Source: a phage
Strand: one strand, 5' to 3'
Assembly: GCA_022897995.1 (NCBI GenBank)
Contig: GCA_022897995.1_4763.1
DNA length: 64,000 nucleotides
Below are positions 18,148 to 27,652 of the stretch, in pieces. The notes beneath the pieces were generated by a model. The model saw only the letters and a list, made by a program, of their open reading frames with translations, did not search any database and was not told the origin of the DNA. The translations under genes were made by a program, and so were the position numbers. How positions within the stretch are numbered: position 1 is the stretch's first letter; every line of letters starts with the position of its first letter.

Positions 18148-19810
18148 AACCTTGCGCTATCAAAATATAATGAGCGTGGGTGCTGAACCTGTTGAGATTC
18201 AGCTAGACGGATTCAAAAAGACACTAATCACTGGTGTTAACGGTGCTGGTAAATCGACCATGATCGAGGCGCTTTGCTTTGTGTTGTTCGGTAAACCGTT
18301 TCGTAGTATCAAGAAAGGCCAATTGATTAACAGCGTCAACAAAAAGAAACTGTTAGTCGAAGTCTGGTTTGAACTGGACGGGAAAGAGTTTTATATCAAA
18401 CGTGGTCAAAAACCGGAAGTATTCGAAGTGCATCGCGACGGTCAAAAGATCGACGAGAGCGCAAGCACCAAAGACTTTCAGGAATATTTTGAAGGTATCA
18501 TAGGCATGAACCTAGCCAGCTTTAAACAGATCGTTGTTTTAGGCACTGCTGGTTATGTTCCGTTTATGAGTCTTCCGGCAGCGGGTCGCCGTAAACTGGT
18601 TGAGGATTTGCTTGATATTGCTACGCTGGGCGAAATGGATAAACTGAATAAAGCGTATGTGCGCGAGATTACCCAGAATATCCAAATGCAGGAAATGAAA
18701 GCTAATCACGTTCAGCAACAAATCAACACTCATAAAAAGTATATAGAAGACGCTAGCAAGGCGAGTGCCGAGAATCTCCAGCGTTTACAGAATATGTATG
18801 ATAAAGAGGTAGAATCGGCTAAAGCATTTAAAGCCGAAGAAACGCGCTTGACCGATGAGCTATTGGCTGTTGTTATGCCGGAAGATCCTAGTGCGGCATT
18901 GGCTAAAATTAATACGGCTATCGCACAGATTGGTGCGCAGATCCAGAACTTTGACCGTGTTATTCATATGCATGAGAAAGGCGGGGTCTGTCCTACGTGC
19001 ACACAACCGATCATTCAAGGTAATGATCAAGCTGTACGCGAACAAAAAGCACAAGCAGAACATAAACTGTCTCTTATTGACGAGAAACGCGTAGAATACG
19101 CAGAGAAAGCCAATTCTTTCCAGACAGCACAAACTAAGGTCTTGGAAATTAAACGCGCTATAGAGTCACAGAGAGCGAATTTAACGGCATCTGTAGGTCG
19201 TGCTAAACAGATCCAGAAAGCAATTCAGGAATTGCAAAAAGAAAGGGTTGACAATTCCGAAGAACTTGCTAAACTGGAACACGAACTGGTAGAGATTACT
19301 AATGAAAAATCAAAGCTAGTTCTTGAAAAATATCATCGTGGATTTGTAACAGAAATGTTGAAGGATTCCGGTGTTAAGGCGTCTATCGTCAAGAAATATA
19401 TTCCATATTTCAATGATCGGATTGCGTATTATCTTGATATCATGGAAGCGGATTATATCTTTACGCTAGATGAAGAGTTTAACGAAACAATCAAATCACG
19501 GGGGCGTGAATCGTTTTCGTATACATCATTCAGTCAAGGCGAAAAGGCACGTATTGACCTTGCGATGCTCTTTACATGGCGTGATGTTGCTGGTAAAGTA
19601 TCTGGTACTAATATTTCTTTGTTGGTACTCGACGAAATTTATGATGGGGCTACGGACGTTCAAGGCGTCAAAGCACTTGATTCCATCATTGACAAGTTAG
19701 ATGATAACGTGTATATTATCAGCCATCGTGACCATAACCCTGATGATTTTAGCCGTCATCTCAAGATGGTTAAACGTGGGCGATTCACTGAAATGAATGT
19801 TAACATTTGA
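18128..19810 (+). CDS. 46: recombination ATPase gp46 (SbcC/Rad50-like)
   Basis: Walker A GVNGAGKST near N-terminus, long coiled coil, zinc hook CPTC, C-terminal LLVLDE; ~560 aa. Confidence 0.9.
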   Translation: MAKLNFKTLRYQNIMSVGAEPVEIQLDGFKKTLITGVNGAGKSTMIEALCFVLFGKPFRSIKKGQLINSVNKKKLLVEVWFELDGKEFYIKRGQKPEVFEVHRDGQKIDESASTKDFQEYFEGIIGMNLASFKQIVVLGTAGYVPFMSLPAAGRRKLVEDLLDIATLGEMDKLNKAYVREITQNIQMQEMKANHVQQQINTHKKYIEDASKASAENLQRLQNMYDKEVESAKAFKAEETRLTDELLAVVMPEDPSAALAKINTAIAQIGAQIQNFDRVIHMHEKGGVCPTCTQPIIQGNDQAVREQKAQAEHKLSLIDEKRVEYAEKANSFQTAQTKVLEIKRAIESQRANLTASVGRAKQIQKAIQELQKERVDNSEELAKLEHELVEITNEKSKLVLEKYHRGFVTEMLKDSGVKASIVKKYIPYFNDRIAYYLDIMEADYIFTLDEEFNETIKSRGRESFSYTSFSQGEKARIDLAMLFTWRDVAGKVSGTNISLLVLDEIYDGATDVQGVKALDSIIDKLDDNVYIISHRDHNPDDFSRHLKMVKRGRFTEMNVNI

Positions 19811-20027
19811 CAGAGTAACACAGCCGGAGTTAGAATTGTATACCTTAATCAATCTATATTCCGGTGAAGAATATGTAGTTAGTATGGGGGATATGAAAAA
19901 CAGCATATACAGCGATGCAGACATAACAAAAATGTTGTCTTGTCGTCATCATGAGTTTATGCTGGTCCCCAACTTTGATAAACTTGATTACCCTGATGCT
20001 GGGGTTGCAACAAACTTTAGAACGTGA
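19797..20027 (+). CDS. hypothetical protein
   Basis: 76-aa ORF, weak start context. Confidence 0.3.
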   Translation: MLTFDRVTQPELELYTLINLYSGEEYVVSMGDMKNSIYSDADITKMLSCRHHEFMLVPNFDKLDYPDAGVATNFRT

Positions 20028-20057
20028 TATACTGATTTTATTTTGGAGATTAATATT

Positions 20058-20435
20058 ATGACTACTTCCGCAAACCTGGCTAAAATTACTGTAGCAGACA
20101 TTCAGAACAAGAAAACCAGCCTCGAATTTGACCGAGCAATGAACAAGATCCGTAAAGCGTGGGTACTGCAAATGCCGGAAAGCGAGAAAGCTAAAATGAA
20201 GGTTATCCCGCAGCAAGCACGCTTTGAACTGTACGCGCATATTGATGATATGGTGCAAAAAGAATGGATCGCTGCAATGCGCAAGTATTACGATGATTCA
20301 ATTGCTAAAGGCGCTAAAACTATTCGAGGTAAAGATATTCTCGAAAAGGGTTATCAGATTGACACTGATGAACTGCTGATTGAAGCCGCTAGCGTAGTAG
20401 TAACTCGTCTGATCGCAATTGCTGATGGGAAGTGA
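20058..20435 (+). CDS. hypothetical protein; RpbA-like by position and size only
   Basis: 126 aa between genes 46 and 45, where T4 has rpbA (129 aa); no sequence confirmation. Confidence 0.35.
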   Translation: MTTSANLAKITVADIQNKKTSLEFDRAMNKIRKAWVLQMPESEKAKMKVIPQQARFELYAHIDDMVQKEWIAAMRKYYDDSIAKGAKTIRGKDILEKGYQIDTDELLIEAASVVVTRLIAIADGK

Positions 20436-20439
20436 TAGA

Positions 20440-20817
20440 ATGAAACGTATGAGCTTAAAAGAACAAATGCTATTCATCCTACAAAATAGTAAATTATGTC
20501 ATATTCCGTTTGACTATATCAAAGATAATGATGTAATGAACTACCGTCACGGGATAGAGTGTATTGAGTGGTATTTTGTCCTAGATAAATTTGTTGATGA
20601 TGTGATTCGTCGTAAACTTGCGTTTGATGTTCGTGGTGATCTGGTGTATCTAGACGGCAAGAAGACCGCAAAGAATCCTGTGACTGTCTATGCTCTGCAA
20701 CAATACTTGACAGCTTACATTGGATTGAAGTATACTCACTCATCCGACAAGGAAGCCGAGAAAAAATTTATCGAAAGAATGCTAAAGATTCAAAATGAGC
20801 ACGAAGTAAACCCGTAA
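20440..20817 (+). CDS. hypothetical protein
   Basis: ORF between the rpbA-position gene and gene 45. Confidence 0.4.
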   Translation: MKRMSLKEQMLFILQNSKLCHIPFDYIKDNDVMNYRHGIECIEWYFVLDKFVDDVIRRKLAFDVRGDLVYLDGKKTAKNPVTVYALQQYLTAYIGLKYTHSSDKEAEKKFIERMLKIQNEHEVNP

Positions 20818-20847
20818 TTAATTGATTAACATGATAAAGGTGATTTG

Positions 20848-21534
20848 ATGAAACTGACTAAAGAAACCATTGCTACCCTGAAAAACTTTTCCGCTATTAA
20901 CCCAGGTATCATCCTGAAAAAAGGAAACGTCCTGATCACCAAAAACATGACAAACGTTGTATATGGTGAAGCGACTCTGAATCAAGAACTGGAACACGAA
21001 ATCGGGATCTATGATCTTAACTCTTTCCTGGGCATTCTGAATCTGGTAGGCGATGAAGCAGATATTACGGTTGATGACCGCACTGGTAACATTCGTGTGT
21101 CTAACGACCGTCTGAAAATTAATTATCCTGGTGCTAGTGCTGCTGCTATCGTATCACCGAAAGGCCGAGTTACTCCACCTGCAAGCGATGTAGATTACGA
21201 ACTGAGCAACGACGATCTGAAACAGCTTATGAAAATGAGCAATCAGCTTAAAGTGGATCGCCTTGAATTTCTTCCGATTGATGGTCGTCTGATGATCAAA
21301 GGTTGGGAAGAGATTGACAAAAATAATCCTAATGAGATGTTTTGTCTTGATATGGGCGAATATACCGGAACCGCAGACTTCCATTTCTTTATTCGTAAAG
21401 ATAACATGAAACTGGTTGCTACTGACTTCGGCGATTACAAACTTAGCTTCACTCGCCGTAAGGCTGTATGGCTGGCAAGTGAAACCGTATCTTATATGAT
21501 CGCGTGTGACCTTGACTCCAGCTACACCGACTAA
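20848..21534 (+). CDS. 45: sliding clamp gp45
   Basis: 228 aa; MKLTKETIATLKNF N-terminus matches remembered T4 gp45 (MKLSKDT...). Confidence 0.85.
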   Translation: MKLTKETIATLKNFSAINPGIILKKGNVLITKNMTNVVYGEATLNQELEHEIGIYDLNSFLGILNLVGDEADITVDDRTGNIRVSNDRLKINYPGASAAAIVSPKGRVTPPASDVDYELSNDDLKQLMKMSNQLKVDRLEFLPIDGRLMIKGWEEIDKNNPNEMFCLDMGEYTGTADFHFFIRKDNMKLVATDFGDYKLSFTRRKAVWLASETVSYMIACDLDSSYTD

Positions 21535-21566
21535 TATAATGTTTGTGGGGAGTGTAAATACTCCCC
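21512..21566 (+). promoter_or_regulatory. early promoter followed by GGGGAGTG/TACTCCCC stem-loop (PeSL)
   Basis: TTGACT 21512-21517, 17-nt spacer, TATAAT 21535-21540; inverted repeat 21547-21566. Confidence 0.55.
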
Positions 21567-21599
21567 GTTTTAATGATGTAATTTGTGAGAGGTGATTAT

Positions 21600-22574
21600 A
21601 TGCTGAGTGTTAATGAAAATGAGTTTCAGTGGGAACAGAAATACCGTCCGAAATCAATTTCTGAATGTATTCTGCCGGAAGCAGATAAAAAGATCTTCGC
21701 GCAGATTGTTAAACAAGGCCGAATCCCTTCTATGATCCTGCATAGCCCATCGCCTGGTACTGGTAAAACAACCGTTGCTAAGGCGCTTTGCGAAGATGTG
21801 GGTGTTGATTATCTGTTTGTTAACGGCGCAGATTGTAAGATTGATTTTATCCGCGATGAGATTACACGCTTTGCGCAGAGTGTATCACTCGATGAAGAAA
21901 AACGAGAAAAAGGCAAAGTTGTTATTATCGATGAGTATGACCGAGCGGGGCTAGCTGATGCTCAAAGACACTTGCGTAGTTTCTCTGAGGCATACTCAAA
22001 CAACGTGACATTCATTATCACAGCAAACGATCTAGAAGGTATTATCCCAGCGTTACGATCTCGATTTGATCCCATCACGTTTGGATCTCCGACCAAAGAT
22101 GATCAGCTTCGCATGATGAAAGAAATGATCGTCCGGTGTAAAGCAATTCTTGATAAAGAAGGTGTGCCAGTAGAAGAAATGCGCGTATTAGCGGAATTGG
22201 TTAAGCAGAACTTCCCAGACTTCCGGCGCGTAATGAAACTTTTGGACCGCTACGCTAAACATGGTAAAATTGATGCTGGCGTATTGAGCATGGTTATCGA
22301 AAGTAGCAATACCGAAGTAACCGATGTGGTGGAAGCACTTAAAACTAAACAGTTTGCTAATGTGCGTAAACTTGCACCGCGATATACCAATACATACGCT
22401 CAATTTGTCAAGAAACTTTATAATGAGTTGTATACTCAAGTTAAGCCAGCTTCTATTATTCGTCTCACTGAGATTATCGGTGAAAATAATCAGATGTTTG
22501 CGCACGCGGCTGATAAAGAGATTCACATTGTCTTTTTGTTAATGCAATTAATGGTTGAATTGGAGTTCGTATAA
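21600..22574 (+). CDS. 44: clamp loader large subunit gp44 (AAA+)
   Basis: Walker A SPSPGTGKTT, Walker B VVIIDEYD, SRF-type motif LRSRF. Confidence 0.9.
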   Translation: MLSVNENEFQWEQKYRPKSISECILPEADKKIFAQIVKQGRIPSMILHSPSPGTGKTTVAKALCEDVGVDYLFVNGADCKIDFIRDEITRFAQSVSLDEEKREKGKVVIIDEYDRAGLADAQRHLRSFSEAYSNNVTFIITANDLEGIIPALRSRFDPITFGSPTKDDQLRMMKEMIVRCKAILDKEGVPVEEMRVLAELVKQNFPDFRRVMKLLDRYAKHGKIDAGVLSMVIESSNTEVTDVVEALKTKQFANVRKLAPRYTNTYAQFVKKLYNELYTQVKPASIIRLTEIIGENNQMFAHAADKEIHIVFLLMQLMVELEFV

Positions 22575-23152
22575 TGTTAGGTCAATTTTTCGGTGAAGAT
22601 GATACACAATTAAACGAGCATGAAATTGCATGGCGCTCTCGTGATTGGGAAAAGGTGTCTGAATTAGCTGACACATTCACCGAGAAAACCGACAATGCAT
22701 TATTTGCTCTGATGGATCATATCACCTTAGATAAACAGCGCGTTAATGTGGGAAACAATTCTGCATATAACCAGAGATGGATTAACACCGCTCTTTCCCA
22801 GCACGCAGATTGCCTATATAGCGCGTATGTGATGAATTTAATCGGTCATGGCCTCCCAGATCAAATGCATTTTGATTATCTCTTACAGAGTATTTCTAAG
22901 GGGAAACGATACGGTAAATGGGCTAAACTAACAGAAGAATTGGACCAAAAATTGGTTTTAATGGCAGTGGCGAAAGCATATTGTGTAAATATGGATGACG
23001 CCCGGTTTTATCTCGATTTGGCTAATGAAAAGGGATATATGGACAAGTTATTGAAGCACATTAAACCGTATGCGACCGATGAACTTTTGGCGGGTGTTAC
23101 TAAGAATCAGACAGAAAGGAAACGACTTAAAAAGATTATAGAAAGGTGGTAA
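22574..23152 (+). CDS. 62: clamp loader small subunit gp62
   Basis: 192 aa; start overlaps gp44 stop (TAATG); conserved 44-62 order. Confidence 0.7.
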   Translation: MLGQFFGEDDTQLNEHEIAWRSRDWEKVSELADTFTEKTDNALFALMDHITLDKQRVNVGNNSAYNQRWINTALSQHADCLYSAYVMNLIGHGLPDQMHFDYLLQSISKGKRYGKWAKLTEELDQKLVLMAVAKAYCVNMDDARFYLDLANEKGYMDKLLKHIKPYATDELLAGVTKNQTERKRLKKIIERW

Positions 23153-23153
23153 A

Positions 23154-23516
23154 ATGATTGAAATTAATTTGATTAGTCCTGAAAACTTCCTTAAAATTAA
23201 GGAGACTTTAACCCGCTGCGGCATTGCCAACAATCGAGACAAGACACTGTATCAGTCTTGTCATATTCTCCAGAAGAAGGGGCGCTATTACATCGTTCAT
23301 TTCAAGGAGTTGTTGAAATTAGATGGTCGTAGTGTTAAAATGACGTGGGAAGATGAATTACGCCGTAATAACATTGCAAAACTTCTTGCGCAGTGGAATC
23401 TGTGTACCCTGATTGATAGTGATTTTGAAACTACCGAAGTTAATAATTTCCGTGTACTGTCTTTCAAACAGAAAGAAGAGTGGACGCTGATCGAGAAATA
23501 TCAGATCGGACGCTAA
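23154..23516 (+). CDS. regA: translational repressor RegA
   Basis: MIEINLISPENFLKIKETLTRCGIANN...YQSCHILQKKG matches remembered T4 RegA. Confidence 0.85.
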   Translation: MIEINLISPENFLKIKETLTRCGIANNRDKTLYQSCHILQKKGRYYIVHFKELLKLDGRSVKMTWEDELRRNNIAKLLAQWNLCTLIDSDFETTEVNNFRVLSFKQKEEWTLIEKYQIGR

Positions 23517-23536
23517 GATACTGATGGGATAGGGGT

Positions 23537-23566
23537 ATTGACAAACTAGGTCGATTCCCCTATAAT
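23537..23566 (+). promoter_or_regulatory. sigma70-like early promoter for gene 43
   Basis: TTGACA 23537-23542, 18-nt spacer, TATAAT 23561-23566; flanking AGGGGTA/TTCCCCT inverted repeat. Confidence 0.55.
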
Positions 23567-23598
23567 GAGTGTCTTTCGTAAATGAAGGAGTTTATATT

Positions 23599-24800
23599 AT
23601 GTATTTTCTGTCATGTGAGCGAGTGGGTGATAAGATCTACGAGCGTTATATTGATGATGCTGGACAAGAACAAGAGCGTTACGTTGAATATACGCCAACT
23701 TTATTTCATCATGCCGCGCCTGGTATGGTTACGAATTATAAAGATATCTATGGCAAGCCTTGCATTGCTAAAAAATTCCCATCTATGAACGAGGCCAACA
23801 AATGGCGTAAAAAGATGGGAGAAATGGGGCAAGAGGCGCTAGGGATGGATGATTTTATCATCTCCTATCTGTCTGATACGTATAAAGGCGAGATTCGATA
23901 TGACCGAAATAAAATCCGTGTAGCATGGGTTGATATCGAGGTCACTGCCCCAGAATTTCCTAAACCAGAAGAAGCGAAATATCCTATCGATGCAATTACG
24001 CATTATGATTCCGTACATGATCGTTTCTTTGTATTTGACTTGAAAGGAAAAAACGGTGAAATCTGGGAAGTAAGCAAGTCTATTCTTCGACCTGATATTG
24101 TAGAGCGTGTTGTTTATAACGTCTATGACACAGAAGATGAATTGCTGTTAGAATACATCCGATTCTTTGAGGAAAACCGACCCGTTGGTTTCACTGGCTG
24201 GAACACAGAAACATTCGATATTCCATATATCATTAAACGTATCAGTAATAAGTTCGGAAGTAGAACCGCTAACCGTCTAAGCCCGTGCGGTAAGATTAAA
24301 TCCCGAATCTCGCAGGATGATTTTGGCAACGAGCGTGAAGCATTTACGATCATGGGGATCGAAAGCCTTGATTATATTGACCTGTACAAGAAATTTAGCT
24401 TTACGACTCAACCAACATATGCATTAGATTATGTTGCTGAATATGAGACAGGAATCGGTAAGGTTGATTATGATGGTCCGTTAAAGAAATTGCGTGATGA
24501 CAACCATCAACTTTACATCGATTATAACATCGGCGACGTTGATCGTGTGCTGGCGATTGATAAAAAGCGTGGATTTATCGATCTTGTGTATAGTCTATGT
24601 TTCTATGCAAAGATTAAATTTAACCATGTTTATAACCCGATGAAAGTATGGGATGCTATTATCTTCGGATCTCTGAAAGCTGAGGGTAAAGTAGTACCGG
24701 AAAATAAGATACAGCCTAAGCAGACTTATCCGGGCGCATTCGTAAAAGAACCTGTGCCGAATGCTTACCGTTGGATGATGAGCTTTGACCTTACTTCCCT
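23599..24800 (+). CDS. 43: DNA polymerase gp43 (family B), exon 1
   Basis: N-terminal and 3'-5' exonuclease region co-linear with T4/RB69 gp43; ends ...SFDLTSL in motif A; ATG 23599 after AAGGAG. Confidence 0.85.
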
Positions 24801-25914
24801 AAACTGATATGGGGCTTTCACTGGTGACAGTGATCGAATAACCTGCTTAATTGCTGGGAAATCTCTAAGGAGACAATCAGCAGCAGTTGCATTTTGAGCT
24901 AACGTGTCTTATAATGTATATAGATATTGATATACATTGGAGGCGCGAGATGAAAGACATTTTAAGAAAGTACGAAATACATAACGAGGAAGCATTAAAC
25001 GACTACATTAAACTGGTGTCTAATCCGTATCAGGGTGAAGAATATTCCGAGGTGCATCATATATGCCCGAAGTCAATGTTCCCGGAATATCGGTTAGATA
25101 AATGGAATCTTGTTAGGCTTAAGTTTGAAGACCACGTCGAGGCACATCGGTTATTGTGCTTAATATTCAATAACGGTGAATGCAAGAGAGCATATGCTTT
25201 CATCTCTAGAGGATCTTATGACGATAAAGTGAAGGCGTTAACCAAAGATGCATTCGCTGGAGACAATAACCCAGCCAAGCGAGAGGAAGTTAGACTGAAA
25301 ATATCCGAAAACAAGACCGGAAAAGCCAGAACCGATATGAGCGGAAAGAAATATTTCGGGGCTGATGAGGACACTATACGAAAAGGTCTTGATTCTATGG
25401 CAGAAAAGCTAAAGAATACTGTTATCGTTAAGGATAAGGAAGGAAATCGGTTTAGAGTTAGTTGTGATGATCCTAGATATGTTTCCGGTGAGTTGGTATC
25501 ATTTAATACTGGCGAGAAACGCGAAAATTCAGCGTCTAAACGACCGGAAGTTATGAGTAAAATAATGTCAAAACGTAATGAAACTTATGCTAAATTTGCA
25601 AGTTTCACATTTGATGAAATGGTGAATTTTCTTGTTGAAGCACACAATTCAGGAAAAGAGATTTTTGGTAAGAAGAAACCTTTTGCTAAGAATTATAGCG
25701 GATACTGTAAGAGAACACCGTTTGATCAAAATGAGCTTAAAGATGCAGTTGTTCAACGACTATCGAAAGGGTAACGAACCGAGTAGAGTAGAATCAAGCG
25801 ATTCGAAATGGCAGGATTCTCTATGAGAATGTGATATAGTCTGATCTACATGGTGACATGTAGCAGTTCGCAAGAGAACGGGCGCGGGAGTAGCGAACCG
25901 CGCTGAACATAATG
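24801..25914 (+). mobile_element. group I intron with internal HNH endonuclease ORF
   Basis: Exon U 24800 / intron 3' G 25914; P 24849-24861, Q 24875-24884, R 25751-25762, S 25833-25841 core-like blocks; splicing restores DLTSLYPSIIRQ. Confidence 0.7.
24950..25774 (+). CDS. intron-encoded HNH homing endonuclease with NUMOD3-like repeats
   Basis: EVHHICPKS...N...EDHVEAH HNH core; GDNNPAKREEVRLKISE NUMOD3-like; GGAGG 24939-24943 then ATG 24950. Confidence 0.8.
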   Translation: MKDILRKYEIHNEEALNDYIKLVSNPYQGEEYSEVHHICPKSMFPEYRLDKWNLVRLKFEDHVEAHRLLCLIFNNGECKRAYAFISRGSYDDKVKALTKDAFAGDNNPAKREEVRLKISENKTGKARTDMSGKKYFGADEDTIRKGLDSMAEKLKNTVIVKDKEGNRFRVSCDDPRYVSGELVSFNTGEKRENSASKRPEVMSKIMSKRNETYAKFASFTFDEMVNFLVEAHNSGKEIFGKKKPFAKNYSGYCKRTPFDQNELKDAVVQRLSKG

Positions 25915-27391
25915 GTATCCATCAATCATCCGTCAGGTTAACATTTCGCCGGAAACAATCGCCGGATCTTTTGATGCTGCACCGATGCACGAGTATATCA
26001 ATAAAACTGCACCACGTCCGAGTGATGAGTATTCTTGCTCGCCTAACGGATGGATGTATCGAAAAGATATTCATGGTATCGTACCGATTGAGATTAAAAA
26101 GGTATTCGATCAGCGTAAGCAGTACAAAAACATGATGTTGGCGTGTGATCGCAATGCTGAACTCTGTAAAGCGATTCTACACGATGAAAATCATGTTTAC
26201 GGGGGAACCATTAGCTATAGCGTTGAAGTTCGTCACGACTTCGATGAAGCGTTTAAATCTATGCTTTCGGAATTAAGCAAAGATGCCTTAGAGAAATTGC
26301 TGGAAGAATGTAAAGACGAGTCGATCTTGTGCAATACAAACCAGCTTTCTCGAAAAGTTTTGATCAACTCCCTTTATGGTGCGTTGGGGAATCCTAAATT
26401 CCGTTTTTATGATCTCCGTAACGCTAGTGCGATCACCTTGTTTGGTCAGCTTGCAATTCAGTGGATTGAGCGTAAGATTAACGAATACTTAAACGAGCTT
26501 TGCGGAACAACCGATTTTGCATATGTTCGTTATTGTGATACTGACTCCGTTTATGTGCTGGTTAACAATGTTGTTGATAAGGTTGGCGGGGAAGACCGTT
26601 TCGACGATACCGAAAAACTTGTTGACTTCCTTGATAATTTCGGTAAACATCGAATGGAACCTATTATCGACAAGGGATATCGCGAGTTATGCGAGTACAT
26701 GAACAACTATGAGCACTTGATGTTTATGGACCGCGAGGCAATTGCTGGTCCTCCGTTGAAATCTGCGGGTATCGGTGGATTCTGGACGGGTAAAAAACGC
26801 TATGCTCTTAATGTTTGGGATATGGAAGGAACGCGCTTTGCTGAGCCTAAGCTAAAAATCATGGGCTTGGAAACGCAACGTAGCTCCACCCCTAAAGCAT
26901 GTCAGAAATCACTGAAAGAATGTATTCGCCGTATGTTGCAGGAAGGTGAAGAGTCATTGCAGGAATATTACGGTATTTTTGAGCAAGAGTTTAGAAAACT
27001 TGACTATCTTGAGGTTGCTGCGGTATCATCTGCAAACAACCTACAGAAATACAGCGATTCAAACGGGTATCCGATTAAGGGTTGTCCGTATGCGGTTAAG
27101 AGTGTATTGTGCTATAATCGTAATGCTCGAAAATTCGGACTAGATCCGATTCGTGAGGGCGAGAAGGTTATGATTGTACCGCTTAAAGACCGAAATCCGT
27201 TTGGAGAAATCTGTTTTGGTTGGTTGTCCGGTACTCGTATTCCGCCAGAAATTGAATCAGAGGTGTTAAAGTGGTTGGACTGGCCTTTGTTGTTTAATAA
27301 GACTTTCGTCAAACCACTGGAGAACATTACCACGGCTGCAAAGCTGCAATATGAAAAGGTGGCATCGCTTACGGACCTGTTTGACATTTAA
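25915..27391 (+). CDS. 43: DNA polymerase gp43, exon 2 (palm/fingers/thumb)
   Basis: YPSIIRQVNISPET..., KILINSLYGALGN, YCDTDSVYV (motif C) in frame from 25916. Confidence 0.85.
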
Positions 27392-27452
27392 GATAAAGTG
27401 TGTATAATGGCGGGTGTTGGGTGACGATACCCGCCAACGTGAGAAATATACT

Positions 27453-27641
27453 ATGAGAGACATTGAAAAGATTAAACGTGAACGTGAAGAAGGCATAGAG
27501 CATTTCAAGAAAGTTCACGGAAATCACAGCAACGAAGTATTTGTGACGATCGATGTTGGTGCGATGAAAAAGTTAATTCAAGAGCACTACAAAGATCGAA
27601 TAACAATGAAGCAATTAAAGTATTACGGATTAACTGAATAG
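27453..27641 (+). CDS. hypothetical protein
   Basis: 62-aa ORF between gene 43 and uvsX. Confidence 0.35.
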   Translation: MRDIEKIKREREEGIEHFKKVHGNHSNEVFVTIDVGAMKKLIQEHYKDRITMKQLKYYGLTE

Positions 27642-27652
27642 AGGTATTAATA

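Noticed and set aside
23582-23788. ORF-track entry 23582-23788 (MKEFILCIFCH...) as a separate gene
   Set aside because: Only its first four codons match a known protein (the ancestral gp43 start); the rest is an out-of-frame read of the gp43 N-terminus.
24801-25914. Intein or split-gene (43A/43B cistrons) explanation for the interrupted polymerase
   Set aside because: An intein would be in frame with no stop codons, but the insertion has a stop at 24805-24807 and the HNH ORF is in another frame. A split gene remains possible, but the P/Q/R/S core-like blocks and the U/G splice-site bases favour an intron.
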